In this document: in pieces, positions 15,479-31,131 of the stretch
How positions within the stretch are numbered: the first letter of the stretch is position 1
Layout of the letters: every line of letters begins with the position of its first letter
Assembly: GCF_009914755.1 (NCBI RefSeq)
Contig: NC_060925.1
Length of the DNA: 64,000 bases
Source of the DNA: the human T2T-CHM13v2.0 reference genome, Homo sapiens
Reading direction: 5' to 3' (one strand)
Program-made: the position numbers and the translations under genes
The notes under the pieces: model-generated
What the model was told of the DNA's origin: nothing
What the model saw: only the letters and a program-made list of their open reading frames with translations
The model's database searches: none

Positions 15479-15712
15479 TCAGGGCACCATGTGCCACCAC
15501 TTGAAGGTGAAGGGCTTCCTGCGGACGTTGGTGCCACAGTGGACTTCCCCCAGAAATTTGTGGTAGGCAGAAATGTCGTCGATGAAGGTGCATTCGAGGC
15601 CCAGGGGCTCCAGGAGGCCACGCACGTGCATCTCCAGGCAGCATTCCTCCTCAACCTGTGGCCCGAATGGCTTGGGGATGCCCAGGTCCTTGTCCAGCAC
15701 GATCATGTTCAC
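15479..15712 (-). CDS. PADI2: PADI2 exon 16 coding part (VNMIVL...GEVHCGTNV...WWHMVP*), catalytic C647 at 15536-15538
   Basis: Acceptor CACAG|GTG, 234 nt to TGA; PAD C-terminal motif. Confidence 0.98.
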   Translation of the reverse strand: MNMIVLDKDLGIPKPFGPQVEEECCLEMHVRGLLEPLGLECTFIDDISAYHKFLGEVHCGTNVRRKPFTFKWWHMVP

Positions 15713-15899
15713 CTGTGACGGGGGATTGCGATGGCAACAGCTTCCATTTAGTGAGCACCTAGTACACACATGCCTATCCTAAGCTCATGGAACCCTCACG
15801 GCAACCCTGTGAAGTAGTAACTGTGATTGGATAGGGACGGAGTGGGGCTAAGTCACTCACAAATGGCAGAGCTGAAGTGGAAAACCAGGCAATCTGCCT

Positions 15900-16190
15900 C
15901 TGTATGTATGTGTGTGCAAAAGCATTCACATATGTCTGTACATGTATGTATACGTGGCTATATATGCATGCATCAGTGTGTACATGTACATGTGTATGAA
16001 TGTGCACACACGTATGGGTATGTATGCATTTATGTGTGCATGTGTATTTCTGTGTGTGCATGTGTGTATATATGTTCATGCGTGCATGTGTTTCTGTGTG
16101 CATGTGTGTGTGTATATGTGTCCATGCATGCACATGTGTTTATGTGTGCTCATGTGTGTATATATGTGTCCATGTGTGCATATGTATTGT
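15900..16190. repeat. Degenerate (TG/TA/CA)n purine-pyrimidine repeat in intron 15
   Basis: Seen directly. Confidence 0.9.
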
Positions 16191-16520
16191 TCTAACCTCT
16201 TTTTATGTTATAGAAGACTCCCCTCTATGTAACAGAAATCCCTCCTGTACATAAAGGACTTCTAATCTTTTGCACAGCACTTTCCTATCTGTTAAGGAAA
16301 AGGGTTCCCAGTATCCCAGTGAAGCAGCTAGGATGAGCATATCACCCCTAGGAGGAAATGGAGGCCCAGAGAGGGCAAGTGCCTGAGGTGAGGTCACACA
16401 GCAGCTCAGCCAGGATTGGGACCTGGGCCTCCCCACTGGACAGCTTCAGCTGAGGGGTCCTTCTGGATCTGGCTGCCCTGTACTGGCATGGGGCGAGGGT
16501 TGGGGTCTGCAGGGCCTCAC

Positions 16521-16649
16521 CATGTTTGGGAAGAAGGCTCTGGCACGGTGGTCCTCGTCCATCTTGAACAGAGCGGGCAGGTCAATGATGTCCTGCTCTG
16601 TCAGTCCCAGCTCCTTCTTGAGGATGTCACGGTTCCAGTCCAGGCAGCG
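16521..16649 (-). CDS. PADI2: PADI2 exon 15 (RCLDWNRD...FFPNM), 129 nt
   Basis: CCCAG|CGC ... ATG|GTGAGG; phase 0-0. Confidence 0.97.
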
Positions 16650-17074
16650 CTGGGTAGGAGAAAGGATGGAGGGCATGCAGGTGAGGGGGACACACACCGG
16701 CCACCTTGTCAACCCCATCCCTGTCTGCAGCACCAGGCCAGGGGCCCCGGCACTCCAGAGAGACTTCTAGCAGTCAGCGGGCGCCTCTGCAGCCTCTCCC
16801 TGGCCCTGTCCACAGGGGTTCATGAACAGCAGTCGTAATAGGACAGAGGAAGGTCACAGATGCCAGAACAGCAGCTGCCATTTCCTGAGCACTCACTAGA
16901 GCCGGTCCCTGTGCTAAGTGCTTCCCACACAGCACCTCAGTGACCCCTCGGGCCACCCCATGAGCTGAGGATAACACTGATGATTTTGGTAATAACAAAA
17001 GCTAATGCGTACATGTGCTTAGTACTGTTCTAAGCGCATTACATAGATTGCCTATTTAAGCTCCAGCCCTGTAA

Positions 17075-17537
<463 letters not shown>

Positions 17538-17838
17538 CCATTATCCCCTTTTTAGAGATGAGAGACCCAAAGACAGCCTTAGTGAGTTGCCCATGGTCCT
17601 ACCTCCCCAAGTGAGGGGGCGGCACAATTTGGCACTTCTTTCACCCTGGGACTTTAGCCCAGGAGCAAAGCAAGGAGGCTGGCTGGATGCTGGTGGAGGC
17701 TCTTCCCTGTGCTGCTGTGCTCGGGGTCAGGAGCTCCTGAGCCCTTGGCCATTCTCTACGGAAGCCCCAAGGATGTAAGGGCCTGAGCCTCATCCCTCCC
17801 AGGGGCCCTCTGGCCCTGCACCCCTGCCCTGCCCTCAC

Positions 17839-17924
17839 CTGGAAGTACAGGTTCTCCTGCACAAGGCTCTCGTTGGACAGAATCTTGTTGATGGTGATTC
17901 GCTTGCTGCTCATCCCACCCAAGC
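17839..17924 (-). CDS. PADI2: PADI2 exon 14 (LGGMSSKRITINK...ENLYFQ), 86 nt
   Basis: CACAG|GC ... CAG|GTGAGG. Confidence 0.97.
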
Positions 17925-19050
17925 CTGTGGGGTTCAAAGGACAGGGGATGGTCAAGCTTTAGATACCCAGGCTGAGTGTTCCCCTTTTGCCAAGATCCTC
18001 CAGCCCCGGGCTAACTGCTGGACTGGGACTGGGGAGATGGGACTGGGGAGAGGCTGGATCACAGGAGGGCACTCCCAGGCAAAATCAGGCCCCCCTCTGT
18101 CTGGGGAGGGCAGCACACACTCTTTTCTCCAGAGTTGACCATGACATCTGAGCCAGGACAGTGGTGGCAGCTGCCTTGCTCTTGCTTTGGCCAGTGGGAT
18201 CAGGGGTGCTACAAGTAGCCCCCTGGTTCTCCCACCTAGAGCCTGCTCCTAAGGATGAGCAGCTGACCAGCATGAATGTGGCAGAAGCAGCATGGCCAAA
18301 GGGGACACCCTTCCTGTTTTCCAGAGCTGCCTCATCTTGGCTGCTGCTCTGGAGTGGCCTGCGTCTGCCTCCTGTACCACACGATGGCTTATGTGGCTTC
18401 CAGCTTGATTAGTAATGCCTAATGCTCAATGAGCACCTACTATGTGGCCGAAGCTCTTCTAAACGCTTTACATTGAATTAACTCATGGATCCTCCCCACA
18501 TTTCTATGGGGTAGTCACTACCCTGAAAAATGAGGAAACTGAGGCACAGAGAAGTTATGTGACTTGTCTCAGGACTTACATCTAGCAAGCGGCAGAGTTG
18601 GTGTGCAGATCAGGCAGTCTGATTCCAGAGCCTATGCTCTTAACCTATTATTTGTTTATTTATTTTGGCCTCATCTGGGAAGAGCCTGCTGGTCCATTGC
18701 ACTTCCCAGGTTTATAACTGGACAGCAGCAAAGATGCCCAGCTACAAGCCGGATGTAATCTTTGAGGCTTAGGGACTCAGAAGGGAAGGTCCAGGTAGAA
18801 ACAGAAAACTTTAGGGATCTGTGATTTTCTAAAACTGATCCAAGTTCAGGAGATAGATTGATATAAGCATTTTTCTGGAGGGCAAGTCTGTAGTTTTTAT
18901 CATCTTTTAAAGGGATGTGTTTTCCCCAAACATTGTGGGCTCTGGTCCAGCGGAGATCTTGGCTCTTTGGCATTGCCTGGTTCACCTTCCTCCCCAGGTC
19001 TCCTATGTGCTTCTACTCTCTGCTGACTGCACATCCGCGCATCCTCTCTC

Positions 19051-19217
19051 TGTCTGTCCCAATTACATGAATGTCTAAGTCCAGGAGATAATGTTTCACT
19101 CCTGAACTGACAACGACGATGCCTGACCATGCCTTCTGTCCATCAAAGTCCAGTTTTCTTCCTGTCCCCAAACTGTATTCTATCTATTTTCTCCCTATCT
19201 CTCTTTCTAAAATACAA
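19051..19217 (+). repeat. Copy A of local ~165-bp direct duplication
   Basis: Aligns to 20317-20479 (hand count: 21 mismatches and one 4-nt gap). Confidence 0.9.
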
Positions 19218-19568
19218 AGAGAAATCTGGGGCACTGCTTGCCCCTATTTGTACAAAAATAATGGTCCCTATATCCTATGGGTAGTTTTTGAGGGTATGTT
19301 TAATATTAGAGAGGAAGCCTCCAGGAAGTCAGGACTCAAGCTTGCCAATCCAAGAACAAACTTCCCATCGGTGGGGAATTTAAAAAGGGTGGTGGTGTTA
19401 AATTGGTCTTGTCTGTCCTAGACACCAGTGACAGTCAGGAACACTGTCTTTGGATCTGAGGGGCAGTCATGTAAGTATCAGCCAGCTGCGGGAACTCAGG
19501 CTTTCAGGCATGAGATATATTATGGATACCAACCTGAAAAGTGACAAAAGTAATTTAAGAAAAAAATA

Positions 19569-20212
<644 letters not shown>

Positions 20213-20316
20213 AGTATGAGGAATTGGCATGGTGTCTCTAACCTGGCTGGTTGTCTCCACCTGATCATCTTTCCCTCTTTCCGTGATTAATTCAAATGCA
20301 AACCTCATCCCGACTA

Positions 20317-21030
<714 letters not shown>

Positions 21031-21284
21031 TGAAGATGCGCTGTGCACTGCTGGTGACACTAAGGAGCTGCGGGCAGCTCACAGTCCACCCAGCCACAGC
21101 AAGGGTCACAGGAGGCCAGAGGTGCTTCCCAGCATGGCGACCTCACAAACCCCCGATCGGGCCAGACACCCAGGGAAGTGGAGCTGGGTGCTCAGGGACA
21201 AAGTGCTTATCTGCCCTACCCTCCCGAGGGTCTCTCTGGGGCCTCCAGCTCGCCACTTCCTGTCAAGGCCCTGTGGCCACTCAC

Positions 21285-21378
21285 CTTTGAACATGATGGC
21301 CTCTCCATGGCCGTCCTTCTGCTTCTCTCGGAAGAGCTTGTAGCAGGCCGAGGTGCTGGCCATGAGTAGCAGGAATTT
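21285..21378 (-). CDS. PADI2: PADI2 exon 13 (KFLLLMAS...AIMFK), 94 nt
   Basis: GCAG|AAA ... AAAG|GTGAGT. Confidence 0.97.
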
Positions 21379-21744
21379 CTGCAAGAGACAGTCCAGAGGG
21401 ACAGAGTCAGCAGTGGGAAGGCACCCAAGGAGCACGGGGAGGCCCTGCGCTGAGGACCCAGTGCCTTGCCTGCTCATTGCCTCAGGCCTCCCATGCCGAG
21501 TGGCAAAGGCTGACGGGGAGGGTGTTCTCTGCTTCAGAGGAATATTTCTCACCTTTCCTCTACCTCAGCAATGTCACCAGATCAAGGCTCAGAGTCAAAG
21601 GTGGACTTGGACAGGACATCTCCAAGTTGCCAAGCAGCCACACAATTTGCAGAGAATTTCCAGGGTATGAAGTCGTACCCATAAGAAAATGAAAGAACCT
21701 CTTTCCAGTGCCACAGGTGCATACCCTATTTCTCTCTAAAGCAT

Positions 21745-21950
21745 TACCGCCAACACAATAGCCACTAGCCTTATGTGACTACTGAACACTTGAGCTGTGG
21801 CTAGTCTGAATTTAGGTGTGTCATGTGAGTAAAATCTTTGCCAGATTTTGAAGATTTAGTATGAGAAAAGAATTTAAATCTCTCGTTAATAATTTTTAGG
21901 CTGATTATGTGTTGCAATGCTAACATTTTGGATTTATGGGGTTAAAATTT
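21745..21950. mobile_element. MER33 fragment
   Basis: tagccactagcc...gaacacttgagctgtggctagtctgaat; same family as 11080-11397. Confidence 0.7.
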
Positions 21951-22107
21951 TACCTGCCACAGCAACAACATGCAAACCAGCTTCAGCCTACTTCCTCCTT
22001 CCTTTATGCTGTCGAGTTCCTCTAGCTCTTGCCCTCTGCTGGCAGGGGCTGGTAATATATTGGTTTGCCGCTACCCCATTCACTCCAGCCTCAGGAGGCT
22101 AGCTTAC

Positions 22108-22252
22108 CTTTGTGCCGGGGATGGGGACAAAGGACATGAACTCATCCACGTGGCCCACAGTCAGCCAGTCTGAGTAGAGCTCCACGGGTGCCTGCACCTG
22201 CTGGGCCTTCAGGAAGTCACGCACCACCTTGGTCATCCTCCGACCACCAGAC
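22108..22252 (-). CDS. PADI2: PADI2 exon 12 (SGGRRM...VGHVDEF...PGTK), H471 at 22150-22152 and D473; 145 nt
   Basis: CCAG|GTC ... AAG|GTAAGC; GHVDE PAD motif. Confidence 0.97.
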
Positions 22253-22628
22253 CTGGAGAAGGGAGGAAGAGGAGTTTCAGTAAATTACCCACCGCACCAG
22301 AGGGCCTGCAAGAGGAGTTTGGTCTCTGGGACCCACCTCGGACCCAGAGTGGCATCAGCAGAGAAGTCCCAGGAAGGAGACTAGGTTGGGTTAAGAGACC
22401 CTGGCGCAGGCAGTAAGGCGTTTGAGTCCCAGGGGAAAGAGTAGGTGTGAGTTGCAGCTGCGGCCTGTGTGAAGGGCAGGGAGCCCAGGCTTCAGCCCTC
22501 GAGGGTGCCAGTGAGTGTGCAGAGGCTACCTTTTGTGTGCGGGAGTCCCACCTGGCCTGCCGGACGGGGCTAGGGCGCAGGAGGGCTCCAAAATCTGCCC
22601 TCATCCATGTGCCTCTTTGCTACATTAA

Positions 22629-22939
<311 letters not shown>

Positions 22940-22957
22940 ACTTACTTTAATCTTTAA

Positions 22958-23305
<348 letters not shown>

Positions 23306-23389
23306 AGCCCTTCCTCATTTCTAGACCCCCCAAGGTCTTCGATCTCTCCATTATCCTCCGAAGATAACCCTAGCTCCTTAGGGTGGCCA

Positions 23390-23853
23390 ACAAATTCCTT
23401 TCTGATCTGGCTCCTGGCTGGACCTCCTCCCTCGCTTCCCTCCCTTCCCCCGGTTCTGTCTGCTCCAGCCACCTGCTACACTTGCTATCCCTTGGGGCTT
23501 TTCCCTTTGCTGTTCCTTCTGTATGGAATGCGCTTCCTTTACAATCTCCTGATGGCTGCCTACTTCTTAACATCCAAGCCTCAACTCTAGTCACATCTTC
23601 AAAAAAACAACAGCTAAGGCACCCCTGTCCCCAGGAATGTTTTATCATGTCACCCTGTTTTATCTTCTCCATTGCATGTATCAGCATTCAGAATTATCTA
23701 ATTGATTTACTTGATTCCATGTTTATTTTCTGTACTGCCCTTACCCAACTATAAACTCCCGGAGAGCTGGGACTTCATCTGTTCTGGTCACCGCTGTATC
23801 CCCAGAGCCTAGAATAGTGCCTGGCACAGAGTAGCTTCTCAGTAAATATTTGT
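23390..23853 (+). mobile_element. L2 3' region
   Basis: Ends cagagcctagaatagtgcctggcacagagtag...aaatatttg. Confidence 0.8.
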
Positions 23854-24354
23854 CTTTAAGGGCCCCCCCTGAGCTCCTCGAGGGGGTTCAGGGCCACTCC
23901 CTGGGCTGACCTGACTCCCTGTCATTCTTTCTATCGTTGTAAGTCCCTCCATTTCATCAGGGTCTATTTGCATGCCTGAGACCTCTGCTATCTCCTTGAA
24001 GGCAGGGGCTGGGCTTCCTGTTTGGGACCCTGTGCCTGACACAGGGCCTGGCACTTGGCTGGTGCTCAGGAAATGGTTGCTGAGTGAATGAGTGGCCACT
24101 GAGTGGAGGGAGAAGGAGGCAAAAGTGGGCAAACAGTCGCTGGCTGTGCCAGTGGCCTCCCCGCAGAAGGCTGAGCATCCCATGTGGCTCGGAGGAACCT
24201 GGCGGCCAAATCCTGGCTGACCCCATCTGTGCAGGCTCCTGGCAGCCCTTTTGTGACGTGAGAACCTAAGGTATTCACTCTTTCCCCAGCGACTGCCCTG
24301 ACAAGGAAGAATCTGTCTTTTCACTGGCTGGTGGGTCAACTGGGCAGGGAGTGA

Positions 24355-25425
<1,071 letters not shown>

Positions 25426-25692
25426 ACCAGCTGATTTATAATCTCATTATACACCTTTCCACTTGGGGAAAAGAGTTGTTTATTTAGTTATATATTAGAT
25501 CCTAAATCACACAAAGATATAAAGGCTAGCTTGATTTTCTTTCCAAGAGTGTCGGCCTCTTAACAGGAAGTCGTGGGAGGGAATAATTCCCCCAGCCACT
25601 TGCTCCATGTGTGAGCAACCCAGGCCACCCCAAAAGAGAAACAGTGACTTCCCCACTCCCACAGCCCCTAGCCCCAGCCTGGCTTCTCTTAC

Positions 25693-25844
25693 AGAGGAAA
25701 GCTGCTCCCGATGAGGATGCGGCCAAGCGGGTATGTCTTGCCATTCACGGTCACTGGGGGACTGACCTCCAGGTTTCCAAATGAGTCAAGGCTGGTGACA
25801 GACTCAAAGAGGGGCTCCCGGGTCACGTAGCCAAAATCTGGGCC
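25693..25844 (-). CDS. PADI2: PADI2 exon 11 ([10 protein letters not shown]...IGSSFP), 152 nt
   Basis: CCTAG|GGC ... CT|GTAAGA. Confidence 0.97.
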
Positions 25845-26029
25845 CTAGGTAGAGGGCACACACCTGCGTTAGTCTTCTGCAGTCAGGGTCCTCAGCCCCC
25901 AAGCCAGCCACCCTCTTTTATCACCTTCAGTCTGGGTCTGTGGGCACCTAGTTTCCAGGTGGGTTGTCCACGGTCTTCTTATGATTAACAAAGAGCAGGG
26001 GCCTGGGCATGGGGAGGCTGAGTGTGTGA

Positions 26030-26551
<522 letters not shown>

Positions 26552-26599
26552 TAGGTAACCTGAGGAAGGGGAGCAGCTAGTATTATTATTTCCAGAGAT

Positions 26600-27013
26600 T
26601 TGCTACCCTCTGCGCAGTAAGAGAATTTTGCATCCTGACCCATTGCCATGTGACTTCTGGCATCTTCCTGCAAAAGGAATATACTTCCCTGCCCAGTGTC
26701 AGACTTGGTCACGTGACTTGCTTTGGCCAATGAAATGTGAGCAGAAGGGATGCATGCCAGTGAACAGCAGAAGCCACAGGAGCCCCCACGTGTGTCTGCC
26801 AACTCTTTGACTTCTCCCTGTGCTAGGAGAATGGCATTTCCCAGACTGGGGCTGCTCTGGCACCTTGAGCGCTAGAGTAAGGAAGACATAAAGAAGCAGA
26901 GTGGCAGACCACCAGCAGCAATCAACATGGAATGCCAGCAAGACACAGGCCTTTGCTGTTGTCGGTCATGGAGATTTCGGGTTGGTTTGTTACTTGGTGA
27001 AGCTGACCAATAC
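26600..27013 (+). mobile_element. MLT1-type MaLR solo LTR
   Basis: ggtcacgtgacttgctttggccaatgaaatgtgagcagaag ... gtttgttac...ctgaccaataca. Confidence 0.75.
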
Positions 27014-27679
27014 ATGCAAAAGTGGCAGCTATGAATATACATGACATCTCAACCCAGTCTCAACCTGCCAGACTTGCCACTGAGCCCAGAGGAAGCCTCA
27101 GAACCCTTCTTCACACAGAGCTCCAAAAAATTGGAGTTAGCACACAAGACATAACCCCATTGGCCCCTGAATTTTAACATTCCTCTCATGGCTTTTGGGG
27201 TACAAATATAGGAATCTTGTTTGGGAGCTTGCACTGGGGTTGGGATGAAGCTTGCCTGACAAAATCCAGTGGAGTCGGAGGATGTGGCTTATCCTGGCTC
27301 AGCTGAGAGGCTCCAGGGACAGCTGAGCCCATGGGGTAGATGGCAGCAGCTTAGTGCTTTCTCATCTTGGGGCCCCAGCTGGCAACATGGGAGCTTGCCA
27401 AGGCTGGGGTGCTGGGGCTCTGCAGCACCATACAGGTGGGCAGGTATGCAGCACAAAGCCAGGCCTGGCCTGGGCCTCAAGGAACAACGCAGCCTGGGGC
27501 CTTGGAACCAGGCCAGCCTGGAATACTGAAGGCAGGTGGTGACCTGGAAAGGCCTCGCTTCTCATGCCTGTGGCAACTGGTGCTGGTGGTTGGTTTGACT
27601 CTACTCATCATAGTGTTAGGGAAAGTGGACAATAAGCTCACTAAGGACAGGGCCCGGGGAATGATAACCATAACAACAG

Positions 27680-27900
27680 CTAATAATGGTCATTATATCA
27701 GACATGGCACTGATGCCTTATACAACGCCTTCAATCTTCACAACATTCTGTGAGACTGATATCATTTCTATCCCCATTTTAGATGAGGAAACTGAGGCTC
27801 GTGGAAGGTAATTGCTTGCCCAAGGTCACATGGCTGCTAAGAGGTGCAATTAGGACTCAAGACCGGGTCCACCTGACATTCCAAAGCTCTGTGCTGACAC
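27680..27900 (-). mobile_element. MIR
   Basis: ccccattttagatgaggaaactgaggctc...ttgcccaaggtcaca. Confidence 0.8.
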
Positions 27901-28260
27901 CATTGGCTCTAGCATCTCCTTGTGAACAGGGCACTGGGTAAGGAATGTGGGGCAGAACAGGTGTGAACCTGGCACAGGGTCAGCTCTGGGCAGCCCTGGC
28001 GTCTGACAGGAATGCTGTCCTGCATGTGACCTTGGGAAAAGTCCCCTGATCTATTCCAGTCTCTTGTTTCATGCCCTGTTCAAACCTCCCCCAGCCTGTT
28101 CAGGGCAGAAGAGTGCAGACAAAAGAAAGATTGGTTTCGGTTCTAACCTCACACACTAGGTTGTCAAGGGCCTAAAAGGGGACTGAGAATGGCTTCCAGA
28201 ATGGGAGGAGTCAGATGACTTAAAAACAAACAAACAAACAAACAAAGAAACAAAAAACAT

Positions 28261-28550
28261 GGCTGAGTACAGTGGCTCACACCTGTAATCGCAGCACTTT
28301 GGGAGGCCAAGGTAAGTGGATCATCTGGGGTCAGGAGTTTGAGACCAGCCTGGCCAACATGGTGAAACCCCATCTCTACTACAAATACAAAAATTAGCCA
28401 GGCATGATGGTGCATGCCTGTAATCCCAGCTACTTGGGAGGCTGAGGCAGGAGAATTGCTTGAACCTGGGAGATGGAAGTTGCAGTGAGCCACTGCATTT
28501 CAGCCTGGGCGACAGAGCAAGACTCTTGTCTCAGAAAACAAAAACAAACA
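28261..28550 (+). mobile_element. AluS
   Basis: Dimeric Alu; tail decays into (CA)n. Confidence 0.9.
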
Positions 28551-28974
28551 CACACACACACACGCACCAAAAACCATAGCCTCAAAGTGCTGATGAACTT
28601 GGAAGTTGGAACCATGACTTTTGACAATTGCATAACTATGTTTTTTTCCTCTTTGAAACTTAACTCATTTTGCTGCAATTTGGAGGGGAAGGGCAGCAGC
28701 AGGGGCCAGGGCCTCTGGAACTAGGTCTTAACTCTATTTCCCTTAGTTCCCATTTCCCACTAGAAAACTCTCTATGTTTTGGAAAAACATCAGTTATCAG
28801 AGCAGGAAAGGACCTCAGAGGCAGCTATCCCAAGTGGACTCATTTTGCAGAGGAGAAACAGAGGCTCTGGGCAGCAGATGAATGTGTCAAGGCGGCCCAG
28901 GGTCTCCTGACCACTCTGTCTTATGAGAATCTCCAGGATCATGCTCCACCCGCAAGTGGCCCTCAGCATCTTAC

Positions 28975-29082
28975 CAGGAGCTCCTTCACAGGGAAGTCCT
29001 TTAGGTTTCCATCTCGGGGAGAGTCCAGCACCACGGGGAAGCCTTTATGGGGGGCCTCGATGTAGCCAAACTCAATTTCATC
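28975..29082 (-). CDS. PADI2: PADI2 exon 10 (DEIEFGY...VKELL), catalytic D351 as first codon; 108 nt
   Basis: CTGCAG|GAT ... CTG|GTAAGA; phase 0-0. Confidence 0.97.
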
Positions 29083-29305
29083 CTGCAGGGACACCAAGGA
29101 GAACTGTTAGACGAATCCAGGGGACAATTTGTGCACATGGGCAGAAAACTCGAGAAACACAAGAGCACAAAGGAAGAAGAACGTCTGTCTTGTTCCCCAT
29201 TCCCTGGTCCCCCATCCTCCTCCCCTCACACTGATGATGGCAGCACAGGTGTCCATAGGCAGTCTCTGCACATCACAGGCAGGTTTCTTACCGATATCAG
29301 CCCCA

Positions 29306-29919
<614 letters not shown>

Positions 29920-30154
29920 TTACTCAGTCCTCCACAGATGGACATTTAGGTTGCTTTGCAATCTTTTGCTACTACAAGAAGCAGCACTGTAGTGCACTTG
30001 TATGTTTATGTCTTTGTGCACATGTGCAGATATGAGCTGACAGAAGAATCCCCATCTGCAGAGCTGCTGGGTGCCAGGCAGTTCACATGAAGCCAACTCT
30101 TCTTTGCTTGACCCGGGGGCCATGTCCTTCCCAGCCTGGACCTGGGCTCCTTAC

Positions 30155-30266
30155 CTGGATCCAGCGATCGCCTCGGTTTAGGTACTGGAAGCAGACCTTC
30201 AGCTCACAGTTGGTTTTCTCCACAAGGTTCTTCACCTCTTTCAGGAACAGGTAATTATCCTTCATG
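30155..30266 (-). CDS. PADI2: PADI2 exon 9 (MKDNYLF...DRWIQ), 112 nt
   Basis: CTCAG|C ... CAG|GTAAGG. Confidence 0.97.
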
Positions 30267-31027
30267 CTGAGAAGTTGGGGGAAGAAGGAGAGGCCAGAAG
30301 AAAGGGTGAGGAGGGGCCAGAGTCATCTCCCTGAGATGGTGACAGCAGCTGGTATCTCTGGGCTGTGCCGGGCAGATCAGTCTACACCTGTGCTCACGGC
30401 CACCTTTATAAAGGCCGCTGGAATCAAAGGCCAAGTAAACCCACCCACTCATGTGGCGTTTGTCAAGGTCATGAACAAATAAAATGAGGGGGGGAACTCT
30501 CACCCCCACCTGTCCCAATGCCTTACACCTCTGACTCCACAGATTTTCAAAGAAGAGCTCTGCCTGGCATGAAGATGGGATGGACGTGAGGACCCCAAGG
30601 GTCCCTTTTGGGTTGCTAGCCATCTAATCACAGGCACTTTTTCCCTTGGTTCTCATCTTGCTGTTGTGGACCTAGCTCATAATAGGTGGTCAATAAAAGT
30701 CTGTTTAATGAATGAGTCAGATGAGCTGCATTTCCACTGCATAGGAGGTTGCTAACTGCCTGGTAGAGGGTTAAGCAAGAGAACAGAATGGCAGCTATTA
30801 TTTTTAGAGCATACCCTGTGTGCTGGGCCTTGGATAAATGCTTTGCCTGCTTCATCTCATTTAATTCTCACAGTGACTCTACGATGTGGGCATTTCAGAG
30901 AGGCCAAGAGAGTTGCTCAAGGTAACACAGTGGTAAGTGACGGGGCCAGGAACTAGACTCATGTCCATCTGACTCGGCCCTTGGCCACTCTGCCACGCTG
31001 CCTCTCCAGGCTGGGGTCACCCCTTAC

Positions 31028-31131
31028 CAGCACACAAACACCGACACGGGAGGCAGGATGTTGGGGGTCATGATCCACGGAGCAATCCGGAATATCACGG
31101 TGTCCGTGAAGATGGGAGTCAGGGGAATGTC
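31028..31131 (-). CDS. PADI2: PADI2 exon 8 (DIPLTPIF...VFVC), 104 nt
   Basis: CCCAG|GAC ... TG|GTAAGG. Confidence 0.97.

Noticed and set aside
15774-16254. His/Thr- and Cys/Val-rich ORFs
   Set aside because: Translation of the TG/CA simple repeat
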